A stretch of DNA of 37,791 nt, taken from the IMG/VR virus record IMGVR_UViG_3300030397_000235, positions 1-37,791 of that record; one strand, given 5' to 3'. The notes below the pieces were generated by a model. That model ran no database searches. It saw only the letters and a list, made by a program, of their open reading frames with translations, and was not told the origin of the DNA. This document shows, in pieces, positions 1 to 8,668 of the stretch; the stretch's first letter is position 1, and every line of letters starts with the position of its first letter. The translations under genes and the position numbers were made by a program. Source of the stretch: a virus (lineage: Duplodnaviria > Caudoviricetes).

Positions 1-17
1 GTTTCCCAGTCACGATC
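1..17 (+). other. Library primer remnant (Round A/B random-amplification/SISPA primer GTTTCCCAGTCACGATC)
   Basis: The first 17 nt are exactly GTTTCCCAGTCACGATC, at the very edge of the sequence. Confidence 0.85.
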
Positions 18-199
18 GGGCCCGGACCAAATGTGACGCCGACCTTCTCCCACTCCTCTTCCCGACCTTGAGTGCCTTGCACTGGTAGGAAGGACTTGAT
101 ACGTAGCTCTGCCGCGCCTGCAGCCTCTTGGTCGAGGATTGCACCGGGATCACCACCCAGGATAGCGTGAGGCATCTCGTCTGGCTTGCGCATGCTCAT
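18..199 (-). CDS. Hypothetical phage protein, 3' end truncated at the window edge
   Basis: Not in the ORF track. ATG at 199 overlaps the TGA of the upstream gene (ATGA), and the frame MSMRKPDEMPHAILGGDPGAILDQEAAGAAEL... stays open to the edge. Confidence 0.7.
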
Positions 200-591
200 G
201 CGTCACCTCGCATGAGGTCAACAGCCAGACGCAGCGCGCTTAACTCTCCATCCTTACCGCGGAGGGAGATAGCCAGATCGAGAGCTTGGATGCGCACATC
301 TGATCCCAAAAAAGCGGGAACCCGCGGCGCTGCTGCAACAGGTTCGGGTGAGAGATCAGCAGCCATCTTCTCAAAATGCTTCTTCACGCTTTGACGCCAC
401 TCGGTCTCATACTTGTCAGCACCAAGCCAACGCTTCAGAGCACCGGTTGAATAACCGGACCAACGACGCAAACCTTCAAGAGTTGAGCCTGCGGCTTCAT
501 AGACATACTTGACGTTTTTGACGTCGTCATCAGTCATTTGGACCATAGGTCCATGCGGACGATTCTTCTTCTTAGCCACGCTTACGGCCAC
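196..591 (-). CDS. Hypothetical protein, possible HTH
   Basis: Coupled to both neighbours. The segment TLEGLRRWSGYSTGALKRWL is HTH-like. Start may be the GTG at 579. Confidence 0.65.
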   Translation of the reverse strand: MAVSVAKKKNRPHGPMVQMTDDDVKNVKYVYEAAGSTLEGLRRWSGYSTGALKRWLGADKYETEWRQSVKKHFEKMAADLSPEPVAAAPRVPAFLGSDVRIQALDLAISLRGKDGELSALRLAVDLMRGDA

Positions 592-880
592 CCTTCTTGA
601 TCTTGATAACCTTACCGCCTTCGTCGACCTTCGGCTGGGCAGCTTGGTAGTTATGATATGCAGCCATGCGCTCAGCGCAGACCTTGACTTGAGGCACTCG
701 CGTATCGAACTTGGCGAGTTTCGGGAGACTGATGCAGGGTTGCTTTTGCTTGGCTCCGCACAGCTTGTTTCCGCAATCTACAAACAGCACGCACACGTGC
801 GTCCTGATGTAGCGTCCATACTCAGCAGGCACGAACGCATAGCGTCCGGTCTGTGAGACCTCCATGTGATAATACTTCAT
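572..880 (-). CDS. Hypothetical Cys-containing basic protein
   Basis: Start overlaps the ligase stop. CGNKLCGAKQKQPC may be a Zn site. Confidence 0.65.
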   Translation of the reverse strand: MKYYHMEVSQTGRYAFVPAEYGRYIRTHVCVLFVDCGNKLCGAKQKQPCISLPKLAKFDTRVPQVKVCAERMAAYHNYQAAQPKVDEGGKVIKIKKGGRKRG

Positions 881-1968
881 CTATCGTCCTTGCGCCAATA
901 CCGCGCTTCGGTTGGGATACCATCGAGGGATTCACCCCGATAGCGAAAGGTGACCCTGGAACCTCTAGGAAATTCCTTGGCCGATATCCAGTCAGGAACT
1001 TCCTGACCGGGGTGTTCTTCTGCCCATTCCTGGGCTGTTTGAGAATTTAGAACGTATTCTTGATCGCGACAGACCAACACGCGCTCAGCATCCGTGAAGC
1101 CACTCAGCTCAAGACGCTTACCCTGGTAGTCCAGGATCAACGCACCCATGAGGCCCAGCAACTTACTGCCTTTGTCTGTCTCACGTCCAGTGATGTAGCC
1201 TACGACCGTGCCCTCAGCATCGTCGAGCTTCTTCACCTTGAGGATCGAAGTCAATCGCTTCGGCTCCCACACGGACTCAGGCTTCCGCAGCATGAGCCCC
1301 TCGCCACCGAGATCACAGATTGTTTCCAAACGCTCCTCAATGATCTCCAAAGCACGTGCAGTCTGGAAGGGCAACTGCTCTTGCTGGTGCCAGATGACGA
1401 CATCACCAGCCTCACGTCGACCCATCTCCCGGACCACGCGCTCGAAGCGAGTCATCTGTCCCGGGCGATAGTCGAGCTTGGCTGCCTCGTGCCAGGCATT
1501 GAAGCCTCGGAACATCTTCTGGAAGTTCACGTTGTTGATGCGGCCATCCCGGAAGACTGCCTTCGGCGGTGGCATGTCGAAGACATAGAACTTGACTTTG
1601 TGCCAGTCATTCCCTCCAACCAATGTCTTAATAATCCGGGTGAGGTTTTGACGCTCACCGTGTCCGCGTTGCCCGTGCCATAGCTCACCGTCGAGCATAA
1701 TCGGGGGCAGCTTATCCAGCCACCAGTCGGGAGCATGGATCACGTTCCCCAACCGCGACCAGAGACCTGTAGCAATAGGCGGGGACACGTAGCGGTGGTC
1801 CTTGTCATGGTTAGCCCAGGGAACTCGCGCCTTGGGCACTCCGCGACTGATGCCACCATCCCAGAACGCACGCTGTCCGTCTAGCTTCTCGCTATAGAAC
1901 CAGCCTCCGATACCGTGCTTCGACGGATCGAAAGTCTTGGCGAGCATTAGGAATTCACGGTTATTCAC
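877..1968 (-). CDS. ATP-dependent DNA ligase
   Basis: Motif I EKLDGQR (KxDGxR), motif III LDGEL, IIIa FYVFD, IV EGLMLRK, V LKVK, and a C-terminal OB-like domain. Confidence 0.93.
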   Translation of the reverse strand: MNNREFLMLAKTFDPSKHGIGGWFYSEKLDGQRAFWDGGISRGVPKARVPWANHDKDHRYVSPPIATGLWSRLGNVIHAPDWWLDKLPPIMLDGELWHGQRGHGERQNLTRIIKTLVGGNDWHKVKFYVFDMPPPKAVFRDGRINNVNFQKMFRGFNAWHEAAKLDYRPGQMTRFERVVREMGRREAGDVVIWHQQEQLPFQTARALEIIEERLETICDLGGEGLMLRKPESVWEPKRLTSILKVKKLDDAEGTVVGYITGRETDKGSKLLGLMGALILDYQGKRLELSGFTDAERVLVCRDQEYVLNSQTAQEWAEEHPGQEVPDWISAKEFPRGSRVTFRYRGESLDGIPTEARYWRKDDR

Positions 1969-2525
1969 TGCGGCCTCAACATTCCGGGATACTTACGTGT
2001 TGCTACTAGGTAACGACCTTGAAGTTTCTTCAGGATCTTCCTGATCGCTACTTCTGTGATACCGAAGACCTCACCAATTTCCTCATTAGTATGGCCCTCG
2101 ACCTTCAGTTTAATAATGTGCTGCTCGCGCTCGGTAAGCTCAAGTATGATGCCCACATCCTGGATATGTAGCATGAGCCAGGTGGGTGGCTCGCTACACG
2201 GACGCATATCATAAAAAGAGTCATCACCTAAGAGCACTGCTTTCGGTAGGTCGTCTAGACCTTTGTTCTCTGCTTTACGCTTCTGCCTCTCGCTACGGGG
2301 AATCCGTATCAGATTGCTCTCCGCGAGGAGATCGTTAATACGGCTCTCAATCCGTAGCGAGAGGTAAGCTTTGTTGAAGTCTGTTTTCTTGTCACAAATC
2401 TCGACTAGTACGAGCATGGCTACCGACAGAATATCATCCCGTAAGAACGGATAACGGTAACCCCAATATCGGGCCCGCTCCTTCACATAGGGGAGATAAC
2501 TCTCGATAAGCTCGTCTCTAGTCAC
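1965..2525 (-). CDS. Sigma-70 family RNA polymerase sigma factor-like protein
   Basis: Region 2-like LIESYLPYVK...DDILS and region 4 HTH LTEREQHIIKL...TNEEIGEVFGITEVAIRKI. Confidence 0.82.
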   Translation of the reverse strand: MTRDELIESYLPYVKERARYWGYRYPFLRDDILSVAMLVLVEICDKKTDFNKAYLSLRIESRINDLLAESNLIRIPRSERQKRKAENKGLDDLPKAVLLGDDSFYDMRPCSEPPTWLMLHIQDVGIILELTEREQHIIKLKVEGHTNEEIGEVFGITEVAIRKILKKLQGRYLVATRKYPGMLRPQ

Positions 2526-2790
2526 TACTAGTAGTTAAGACCTCTCGTACTTTTTCTTCAGTGGTCTGAAGCATTTCAGCGATGATCTCATCAGAGATTC
2601 CTTTAGCTGACTGTTCGCGAATTACACGCTCGAAGTAACTAGGCTTCGGCCTAGACTCCCAATAGCGTAGCCTGAGAATAATCTCATAGCCTGTCTCGCA
2701 GAGGGCACCGGGATCGGGCGGCTTGCAGCAGGTGTCACACTCTTTGATGTGTGCATCCCACTCGGGCTTCGGGTCTGTTTTACAATACAT
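2518..2790 (-). CDS. Hypothetical protein with a Cys cluster and a C-terminal HTH-like segment
   Basis: ATG at 2790 follows AGGAG. Contains HxxxCxxC and ISDEIIAEMLQTTEEKVREVL. Confidence 0.65.
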   Translation of the reverse strand: MYCKTDPKPEWDAHIKECDTCCKPPDPGALCETGYEIILRLRYWESRPKPSYFERVIREQSAKGISDEIIAEMLQTTEEKVREVLTTSSD

Positions 2791-2792
2791 GT

Positions 2793-3278
2793 TCACTCCT
2801 CTGGAAAGCAGAGTTGGCAATTCTTATTGCCCAGTTGATGCTTGCAGGGACGCGCGTGTTCGCATTCTCTGCAGCGTTTGTTAACAAAGAGTGTTTGCTT
2901 TTGGCACACTCTACAGTATTGCAGCTCACGATGTGGGCCGCGGTTCTTTGAAGACCTCCTCTTAACTAAAGACTTTGTTCGTGAGCCTGGTACGCCGGAC
3001 CACCCGCCGCCACCGCTCCCACGAAATATACGTTGCTTGTTCTGTTCTTTGCGGAACTTCTTGATGTTCTCATCGATCTGACCTTGGATCGAATCCGGCG
3101 AGATAAATCGTAGGTCACAGCGCTCCGCGTGCCCAAACATCTCCACATGCAGATTGCAATACTTGCAGAACGGATCCGGCTTGATACCCATGATTCGTTC
3201 GACTTCGCGGATGCGGGCATCAGCTTCCTCTTCCAGCCTGCGCTGTTTTGCCTCTTTGATTCGATCCAGATGTCCCAT
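2793..3278 (-). CDS. Hypothetical multi-CxxC (Zn-binding) protein
   Basis: ATG at 3278 follows GGAGG. Contains CKYC, CRVC, CREC and CQLC. Confidence 0.7.
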   Translation of the reverse strand: MGHLDRIKEAKQRRLEEEADARIREVERIMGIKPDPFCKYCNLHVEMFGHAERCDLRFISPDSIQGQIDENIKKFRKEQNKQRIFRGSGGGGWSGVPGSRTKSLVKRRSSKNRGPHRELQYCRVCQKQTLFVNKRCRECEHARPCKHQLGNKNCQLCFPEE

Positions 3279-3295
3279 CAAGCCTCCGAAAGTTT

Positions 3296-3398
3296 GATGT
3301 GATGGCGGAGAGGGCGTCTCCTCCTCTGACCGAAGTATGGCAAAAATCGAACCGGAATCCAAGGAAACTTTTTTGATGAAGAATCATGATGTGATGGC
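3296..3398. repeat. Two direct copies of GATGTGATGGC (3296-3306, 3388-3398), the half-site of the 14959-14982 palindrome
   Basis: Exact 11-nt matches bracketing a roughly 100-nt intergenic gap. Confidence 0.55.
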
Positions 3399-3854
3399 TA
3401 GCACCCAACATTCTTGGACTCGAAAACTGCTTAGGTGGTACTGGTATCCGTTCGGATCCCAAACGATGTTGCCATCCCAAGCACAAGCATGACCATTTCC
3501 TTGGTGGTTCTGCCCGACCAAGATACCCTTTCGACCTTTGATCATCTTTGCAAAACGCTTTGATGCCACATCAGTTTCGTATAGACAGCGCCAATCAGCC
3601 GGGTTCCTAGCTGACGCATAGCGCGGCATATACTCAACGAGTGTGAGCGAGTAGCCACGTGTAAAACACAGATCCACAATCTCTTGAATGTGGTGACCCT
3701 GATAGCAGTGAGGCACAGGGTACTGCGGAAACACGACTTCCATACCGTCGTGACCCAGCTCCTGGATGAGAGCATCAACACTCTCATCCAGGAGCATAGC
3801 CAAACTGTACACCAAACACTGGTGTACACCTTTACCCATCTTGAGGAGTTTCAA
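3384..3854 (-). CDS. Putative papain-fold (C39-like) cysteine peptidase
   Basis: N-terminal QCLVYSLAM followed by GHACAWDG and VWDP gives the Cys/His/Asp order typical of C39-like domains. Confidence 0.55.
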   Translation of the reverse strand: MKLLKMGKGVHQCLVYSLAMLLDESVDALIQELGHDGMEVVFPQYPVPHCYQGHHIQEIVDLCFTRGYSLTLVEYMPRYASARNPADWRCLYETDVASKRFAKMIKGRKGILVGQNHQGNGHACAWDGNIVWDPNGYQYHLSSFRVQECWVLAITS

Positions 3855-4341
3855 CCTTCACCTTGGGATCTTCGAGAAGTGACTCAGGAATCTCAATGAA
3901 CTGGGTTGCCCGTTCCTTGAGATCCCGACTAATTCCACAAGCTAGGATGTATACATCCACGCCACGACGCACTGCCCAATCAACGCACGGCTCGAGATCA
4001 CCATCGGCAGTGCCGAGGATGATAATATCGAACCTGTCAATCATATTGACAATGTCCATAGCGATGCCGACATCCCAATCGGCCTTGCGCCTAAGTTCCT
4101 GTTCGTTGCTGAAAGACTTGACAGTCTTGAACTTCGTTTGGAACCCGGTCTTTTGTAGACAGTGAATGAATCCTGCGGCTTCGTTGTTCAACTGGGAGCC
4201 ATAGGCAATCACCTTTGTCAGCTCGCCAAAGTCGCGCACGAAGTCCAGATACTTTCGATAGTCTAACTTTTTGCCTTCATACTTTTTACCAATGCAGTAA
4301 TAGATATTACTAACATCGACGAAGACTCCAATTCTCTTCAT
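3832..4341 (-). CDS. NYN (LabA/DUF88, PIN-like) domain protein
   Basis: VFVDVSN, KADWDVGIAMD and GTADGDL motifs. ATG at 4341 overlaps the upstream TGA. Confidence 0.9.
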   Translation of the reverse strand: MKRIGVFVDVSNIYYCIGKKYEGKKLDYRKYLDFVRDFGELTKVIAYGSQLNNEAAGFIHCLQKTGFQTKFKTVKSFSNEQELRRKADWDVGIAMDIVNMIDRFDIIILGTADGDLEPCVDWAVRRGVDVYILACGISRDLKERATQFIEIPESLLEDPKVKVETPQDG

Positions 4342-4694
4342 CGTCGGAACCCTTCCAAATATACCCACCAGTTTGGGCGCTTAAAGAGCTTTTGGTACTC
4401 TCTATCAGAGTCGGAAGTAAGAATCCAAACACCTGAGCCGTTGGCACAAATCTTCGGAAAACACTCAAGCTGCGCGGGTGTAAACTTGGAACCTTTGAAC
4501 TCCGGCTTCTTAACCTCAATCCAACGTTGTCCATATGTGCTGTGGCACGCAAAGAGATCCGGGAAACCTGATTGGTACATATTGCCATGTGTTACCATGA
4601 CGTACCATCCCTTAATTCTCAAACTGTCAATAATGGCCTGCTGAATCTTAGCTTCAGGGCCCTTTTTGTGGTTCTTTGGTCGGAGCGGTTCCAT
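4338..4694 (-). CDS. VRR-NUC / PD-(D/E)xK nuclease (Holliday junction resolvase-like)
   Basis: EAKIQ...GFPDL...IEVKKP...TPAQ pattern. Confidence 0.85.
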   Translation of the reverse strand: MEPLRPKNHKKGPEAKIQQAIIDSLRIKGWYVMVTHGNMYQSGFPDLFACHSTYGQRWIEVKKPEFKGSKFTPAQLECFPKICANGSGVWILTSDSDREYQKLFKRPNWWVYLEGFRR

Positions 4695-4779
4695 TACATT
4701 CGCCTAGCGAGGAGGAGTTCGTATTGATAGTTGTGATGATAGCATCGAGTGGTGTAATATCCTTGGGATACGCAAGTTG

Positions 4780-5043
4780 TTAGGTCTCCTCAACCTTAGA
4801 CTTGCCAGATCGGAGACGTTCTGCCTCCGCTTTGATTTCGTCTTGCGTGAGTCCAACCTTCTCCATCAGGAGTTTGTTGATGACTACCAGCTCCATGAGC
4901 TTTGCCGCAATTTGATTGTTTGTTTGCTCAAGCCGTTCCACTCTCCGCAGGAGCCTTGGCCTTTGATGCTGCTGCTTGGGCGGCTTGGGTGTAGTTTTTC
5001 TTGTTTTCCCTTTTGCTTTTCTTGAAGAAGTCCGGGCGCTCAC
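4780..5043 (-). CDS. Hypothetical basic/coiled-coil protein, start uncertain
   Basis: Fills the operon gap, with a coiled-coil-like RVERLEQTNNQIAAKL. Overlaps the upstream gene. Confidence 0.5.
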   Translation of the reverse strand: MSARTSSRKAKGKTRKTTPKPPKQQHQRPRLLRRVERLEQTNNQIAAKLMELVVINKLLMEKVGLTQDEIKAEAERLRSGKSKVEET

Positions 5044-5374
5044 GGGATACCAGCTTTGCTCTGAGGGTTACGAGTGCGTTGTTCAGCAAGACAACTTCGC
5101 GGTGTTCCTCGAAGCCGCCCCACTTCTTGTAGCGAGCCCACATTTCGTCGGGCTGCATCTTCTTGATACGTCGGACTTCCGCATACTCAGCGTCATACAC
5201 GGCAACAAGCCAGTGGTGAGCCTTACGAATGAAGTCCGCCAGAAACTTCATCCCGTCTTCAGGGATATGCAAATGATCCGGCTTGATCTTGACATCCTCT
5301 TCCATGAGTGTAGCCATAATGGCTCCACCCTTGAGGCGCATTTCTTCAAGCATGGATTCCTTGCTGAGAGCCAT
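4928..5374 (-). CDS. Hypothetical protein
   Basis: ATG at 5374 follows AAGGAG. Protein-like composition. Confidence 0.7.
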   Translation of the reverse strand: MALSKESMLEEMRLKGGAIMATLMEEDVKIKPDHLHIPEDGMKFLADFIRKAHHWLVAVYDAEYAEVRRIKKMQPDEMWARYKKWGGFEEHREVVLLNNALVTLRAKLVSRERPDFFKKSKRENKKNYTQAAQAAASKAKAPAESGTA

Positions 5375-5699
5375 ATCGTTTCTCCTTGTTTTCAATATCA
5401 CGGATCAGTTCAAGTTTTCCCTTACGGGAATAGTTTGTAATACCAAGACGCCGGGCAATCGTCTTCAGATCGACTAGCGGCTTCTCTGCCAACTCAAGCG
5501 ACGGATGTTCTCGCATCCACTTGACTACGGCTTTCTTGTCTGCTGCCAAAATATGAGTCTGAAGTTGTTTCTTAGACTCATCGGACGAATCTCCCCACAG
5601 TCGTTCAAACTGGGGCCGGCGGATCATCGCCTCGATGCTCCTGAGGTTCAGGACTCGGTGGTGTAACTCCTCCTGGAGTTTGATGATTCCTTTCGGCAT
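5346..5699 (-). CDS. Protein with a C-terminal Rho_N-like (HEH) nucleic-acid-binding motif
   Basis: LVDLKTIARRLGITNYSRKGKLELIRDI fits the Rho N-terminal pattern. Confidence 0.7.
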   Translation of the reverse strand: MPKGIIKLQEELHHRVLNLRSIEAMIRRPQFERLWGDSSDESKKQLQTHILAADKKAVVKWMREHPSLELAEKPLVDLKTIARRLGITNYSRKGKLELIRDIENKEKRYGSQQGIHA

Positions 5700-5847
5700 T
5701 TTGCAGTTCCTTGATTCTACGTCGAGTGATGAGCTCATCATGCCGAGCATGTGCACGCATAGTTACGAGTAGCTGAGTATACAGCTGCTCCTCGTACGCA
5801 TTGCGCTCTGGCATGAGCATCAGGTTATTCAGGATGATGGGTAGCAT
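5605..5847 (-). CDS. Hypothetical protein
   Basis: TAATG overlap with the polymerase stop. Confidence 0.55.
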   Translation of the reverse strand: MLPIILNNLMLMPERNAYEEQLYTQLLVTMRAHARHDELITRRRIKELQNAERNHQTPGGVTPPSPEPQEHRGDDPPAPV

Positions 5848-8351
5848 TATTTCTCCGCCCAACTTTTGAGAGGTTCTTCAGTACCAACAGGCGACCAGTC
5901 CATCTCAGCGAGGGGAACCCGTTCCTTGAGCCAGACCATAAAGTCGGCTACGATTCCTTCGATTCGCTTGATAGTATCCGGTAGCGCTGGCACCATGATT
6001 TCGTCGTGAATGTTGAGGGGTTGGACGTGCCAATCAGCGACCCCTTCAGGTTGGATGTCCCAAATCTGACGTTGAAGCATTTTAGTAACCTGCGCACCAG
6101 ACGATTGGATAACATGGTTACCAGCAGCGCGCATGTTCGCGGCCTGGACTTGGAATGCAGCACCAAACAGCGCCGACCGTAACGCACCGCACGCGGTTTG
6201 CACACGCTCACGTCTGACGACTCGGACATTTAGGTTCTCCCACTCTTTCGGCGGTTTCTCAGCCAGGTTGAAAAGCGCTTTGCAGACTTGGTTCTCGAGG
6301 GTAAAGTATCGTCGAAACCCGAACATGGATTCAATGTAGTCCGCTGGCTCGTGCCACTCGACGCGCGTTCCAATACCTCCGGGCTGACGCATCGAACAAA
6401 ACATATCGAAAATCTTCTTACGCTCTTGACCCCAAACCTTATGCTCTTTGCACCAACGGTCGAAAGCTTTGTTAGCATCTTCCTCGGAGATACCAACTCG
6501 CGTCTGGAGAGTATATGATTCTCCACCATACGCGGTAGCGTATACGCCTTTCTTAGAACGATCATACTTGTCCTTCTCACCAGGGAGACCCTTAGTTGCG
6601 AGAATATCCTCGTATGTTAGCCCTTCGGATTCGAACAGATATGTTCCGAAGAGTGCGTGAATCTTGGTATCCGTTTCGAGTGTTCCATTACACTCATAAC
6701 AGATGCCGGCATCGTTACACTTCTTACACGGTCCCTTGGGACATTTGCCTGTCTGCTTACAGACGTGGCAGGGTTGCTTGGTTAACAGCTTCTCACGCAA
6801 CACGGGATCGTTATACGCCGCGTCCATGAGACAGATTTCGAAGCCGCTGAAGTCACCACCACACAGCAGCAGTAACCCATCTGCCAACGGGAACAACTTG
6901 CGGAAGACCTTATCGTGCGGGATACCCTGTGGATTCATCCCGTCCGCACCCGACATGCGGGTCGATAACGTGCCGATGACTTTGACCGAAGCATGGAAGC
7001 GTCCGGCGATCAGGAGCTTGTCGATCAACTCAACACGCTTAGCTGCGCGCCGTGCCTTAAGCACAGCCGAAGCTCTGATCGCGGCCGGATGCCGCTCATC
7101 ACTGGGGATCATACCGTCTTTACAGTCAGGGCATGTTTGCCCAACTTCTTGACCAGTGTAGTCATCAACGATTGTTTCACCGGCACCGTAGCACGTATCA
7201 CAAACGTCTTCAATATACCAAGAGGCAATCTCCTCAAGAATAAGACCCTTGGTGCTGATCTTACCCTTACCATCTTTCATTACCGCTCGCTCAGTCGGCG
7301 AGAGAACTTGCTCTAGGTAACGGCGAACTACCTTCGTGGAGTTGTGATTGAAACCCAGCTCAGCAATCTCAGCCTGCTTTACGGCTTTGAGTTTCCTGAG
7401 CCCTTCGAGATCAATCGAAAACCCGCGCCATCGAACAGCCGCCACATTAACTGCAAGGATGCTGTCATCATCGCTGTGCTCCGGCTTGTCGAAATAGTTA
7501 TACAGACCTTGGAGATACTTAACGTCGTCCGTGGCGTATTCCCGTGCGAATCTGTTATAGGCCCAGTGCCGAATGTGCAGATGTATCTTCTCAGGCCAAG
7601 CACCCTTCCAGTCTCCCGGTTTGCCGACAGACAGTGCGAAAGGGGCCCAGCCGTTCTCTTGCGGGAACGCCTTCTTGGGTAACTCAATATCTTCAAACTT
7701 GATAACGCGTTCTTCACTTACACCTAAGGCGTCTGTTGCAAGGGCCTTGAGTGCAGACGAAGGTGCAAACTTCAGGACTACGTCCTTGAAGTCTGGGATG
7801 ATCTCATCCGCATCATCCTTGATATCATACACCTGCCAACGACGCGTTGGATCTTTGAACCGTGCGAAGTAGACATCACGAAACGGGATTAACTCTCCGA
7901 GCTTAGCCGCCAGAGGATCAGCAAGTTGAGTAGGCACGCGACGGATGCGAATATCACTGCGGTCCATGGTCGATTGATATGGACCCTTGCGAGCGTGAAG
8001 CATAAGATCAAGAGCGCCAGCAGGTTTGAGACAAGCGCCAAGTCGGGCATCAGGCTCCAGGAGTGCATACTCTTCAAGATGGTCTTCAGGCCATTCATCG
8101 TATCCGACTTTCTTACCGAGCAAATCGAGTGTTGTGTAAAGCTGACAGATGTGGAACCAGTCGAACGCGAGGTTAAATGCGACGACAACATTCTCACAAA
8201 GCATCTCGATCAGTTGCATCGTCTCCCAGATGGGAGTCGTAAATGTGCTGTGCAGCTTGATGTCACCATCATTGACTGCGTACTGAATCAGTACAGCAGG
8301 CCCGTGGAAGCCACAGGTTTCTGTATCGAAGAATACTAGGTCAGTTCCCAC
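5847..8351 (-). CDS. polA: Family A DNA polymerase with 3'-5' exonuclease domain and Zn-finger inserts
   Basis: ExoI DTET, ExoII FNLAFD, ExoIII YATDD, motif A DFSGFE, motif B KKGVYATAYG, motif C IHDE. Confidence 0.92.
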   Translation of the reverse strand: MGTDLVFFDTETCGFHGPAVLIQYAVNDGDIKLHSTFTTPIWETMQLIEMLCENVVVAFNLAFDWFHICQLYTTLDLLGKKVGYDEWPEDHLEEYALLEPDARLGACLKPAGALDLMLHARKGPYQSTMDRSDIRIRRVPTQLADPLAAKLGELIPFRDVYFARFKDPTRRWQVYDIKDDADEIIPDFKDVVLKFAPSSALKALATDALGVSEERVIKFEDIELPKKAFPQENGWAPFALSVGKPGDWKGAWPEKIHLHIRHWAYNRFAREYATDDVKYLQGLYNYFDKPEHSDDDSILAVNVAAVRWRGFSIDLEGLRKLKAVKQAEIAELGFNHNSTKVVRRYLEQVLSPTERAVMKDGKGKISTKGLILEEIASWYIEDVCDTCYGAGETIVDDYTGQEVGQTCPDCKDGMIPSDERHPAAIRASAVLKARRAAKRVELIDKLLIAGRFHASVKVIGTLSTRMSGADGMNPQGIPHDKVFRKLFPLADGLLLLCGGDFSGFEICLMDAAYNDPVLREKLLTKQPCHVCKQTGKCPKGPCKKCNDAGICYECNGTLETDTKIHALFGTYLFESEGLTYEDILATKGLPGEKDKYDRSKKGVYATAYGGESYTLQTRVGISEEDANKAFDRWCKEHKVWGQERKKIFDMFCSMRQPGGIGTRVEWHEPADYIESMFGFRRYFTLENQVCKALFNLAEKPPKEWENLNVRVVRRERVQTACGALRSALFGAAFQVQAANMRAAGNHVIQSSGAQVTKMLQRQIWDIQPEGVADWHVQPLNIHDEIMVPALPDTIKRIEGIVADFMVWLKERVPLAEMDWSPVGTEEPLKSWAEK

Positions 8352-8668
8352 TGAAGCTCTCTAAGCCTTTCTCGAATTGCTGCCGAATAATCTGCGCATT
8401 GACAGGTTGGGCAGTCGTGTGTATAGATGTAGACATCTACCTCGAATGACCAGTCTTCCCAGTCGAATTGTACTCGCTCACGTGCATAGTCTTCTTCTTG
8501 ATAATGGACGACGTTCGTCTTAATGTTGAGATAACGACCCCAGGTCATATGCTCTATGAAGCTAAGGTCAAAGTCCTCGTCAATTAACGTAAGAGCTTCT
8601 TGATCGAGGTTATAGAAAAGTGTGTCAATATCGACGGTTGTTTCAGTATAGCCTTCGAGGTTAATCAT
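8336..8668 (-). CDS. Hypothetical acidic protein
   Basis: ATGA coupling with the ParB-like gene. Contains CPTCQC. Confidence 0.65.
   Translation of the reverse strand: MINLEGYTETTVDIDTLFYNLDQEALTLIDEDFDLSFIEHMTWGRYLNIKTNVVHYQEEDYARERVQFDWEDWSFEVDVYIYTHDCPTCQCADYSAAIRERLRELQWELT

Noticed and set aside
4990-5030. Programmed -1 frameshift at the A-rich GGGAAAA tract
   Set aside because: The downstream ORF is in the +1 frame relative to the upstream one, so a -1 slip would not join them
6681-7202. Inteins in the polymerase
   Set aside because: Inserts are short and Cys-rich, with no HN-C/S/T terminus or LAGLIDADG motif
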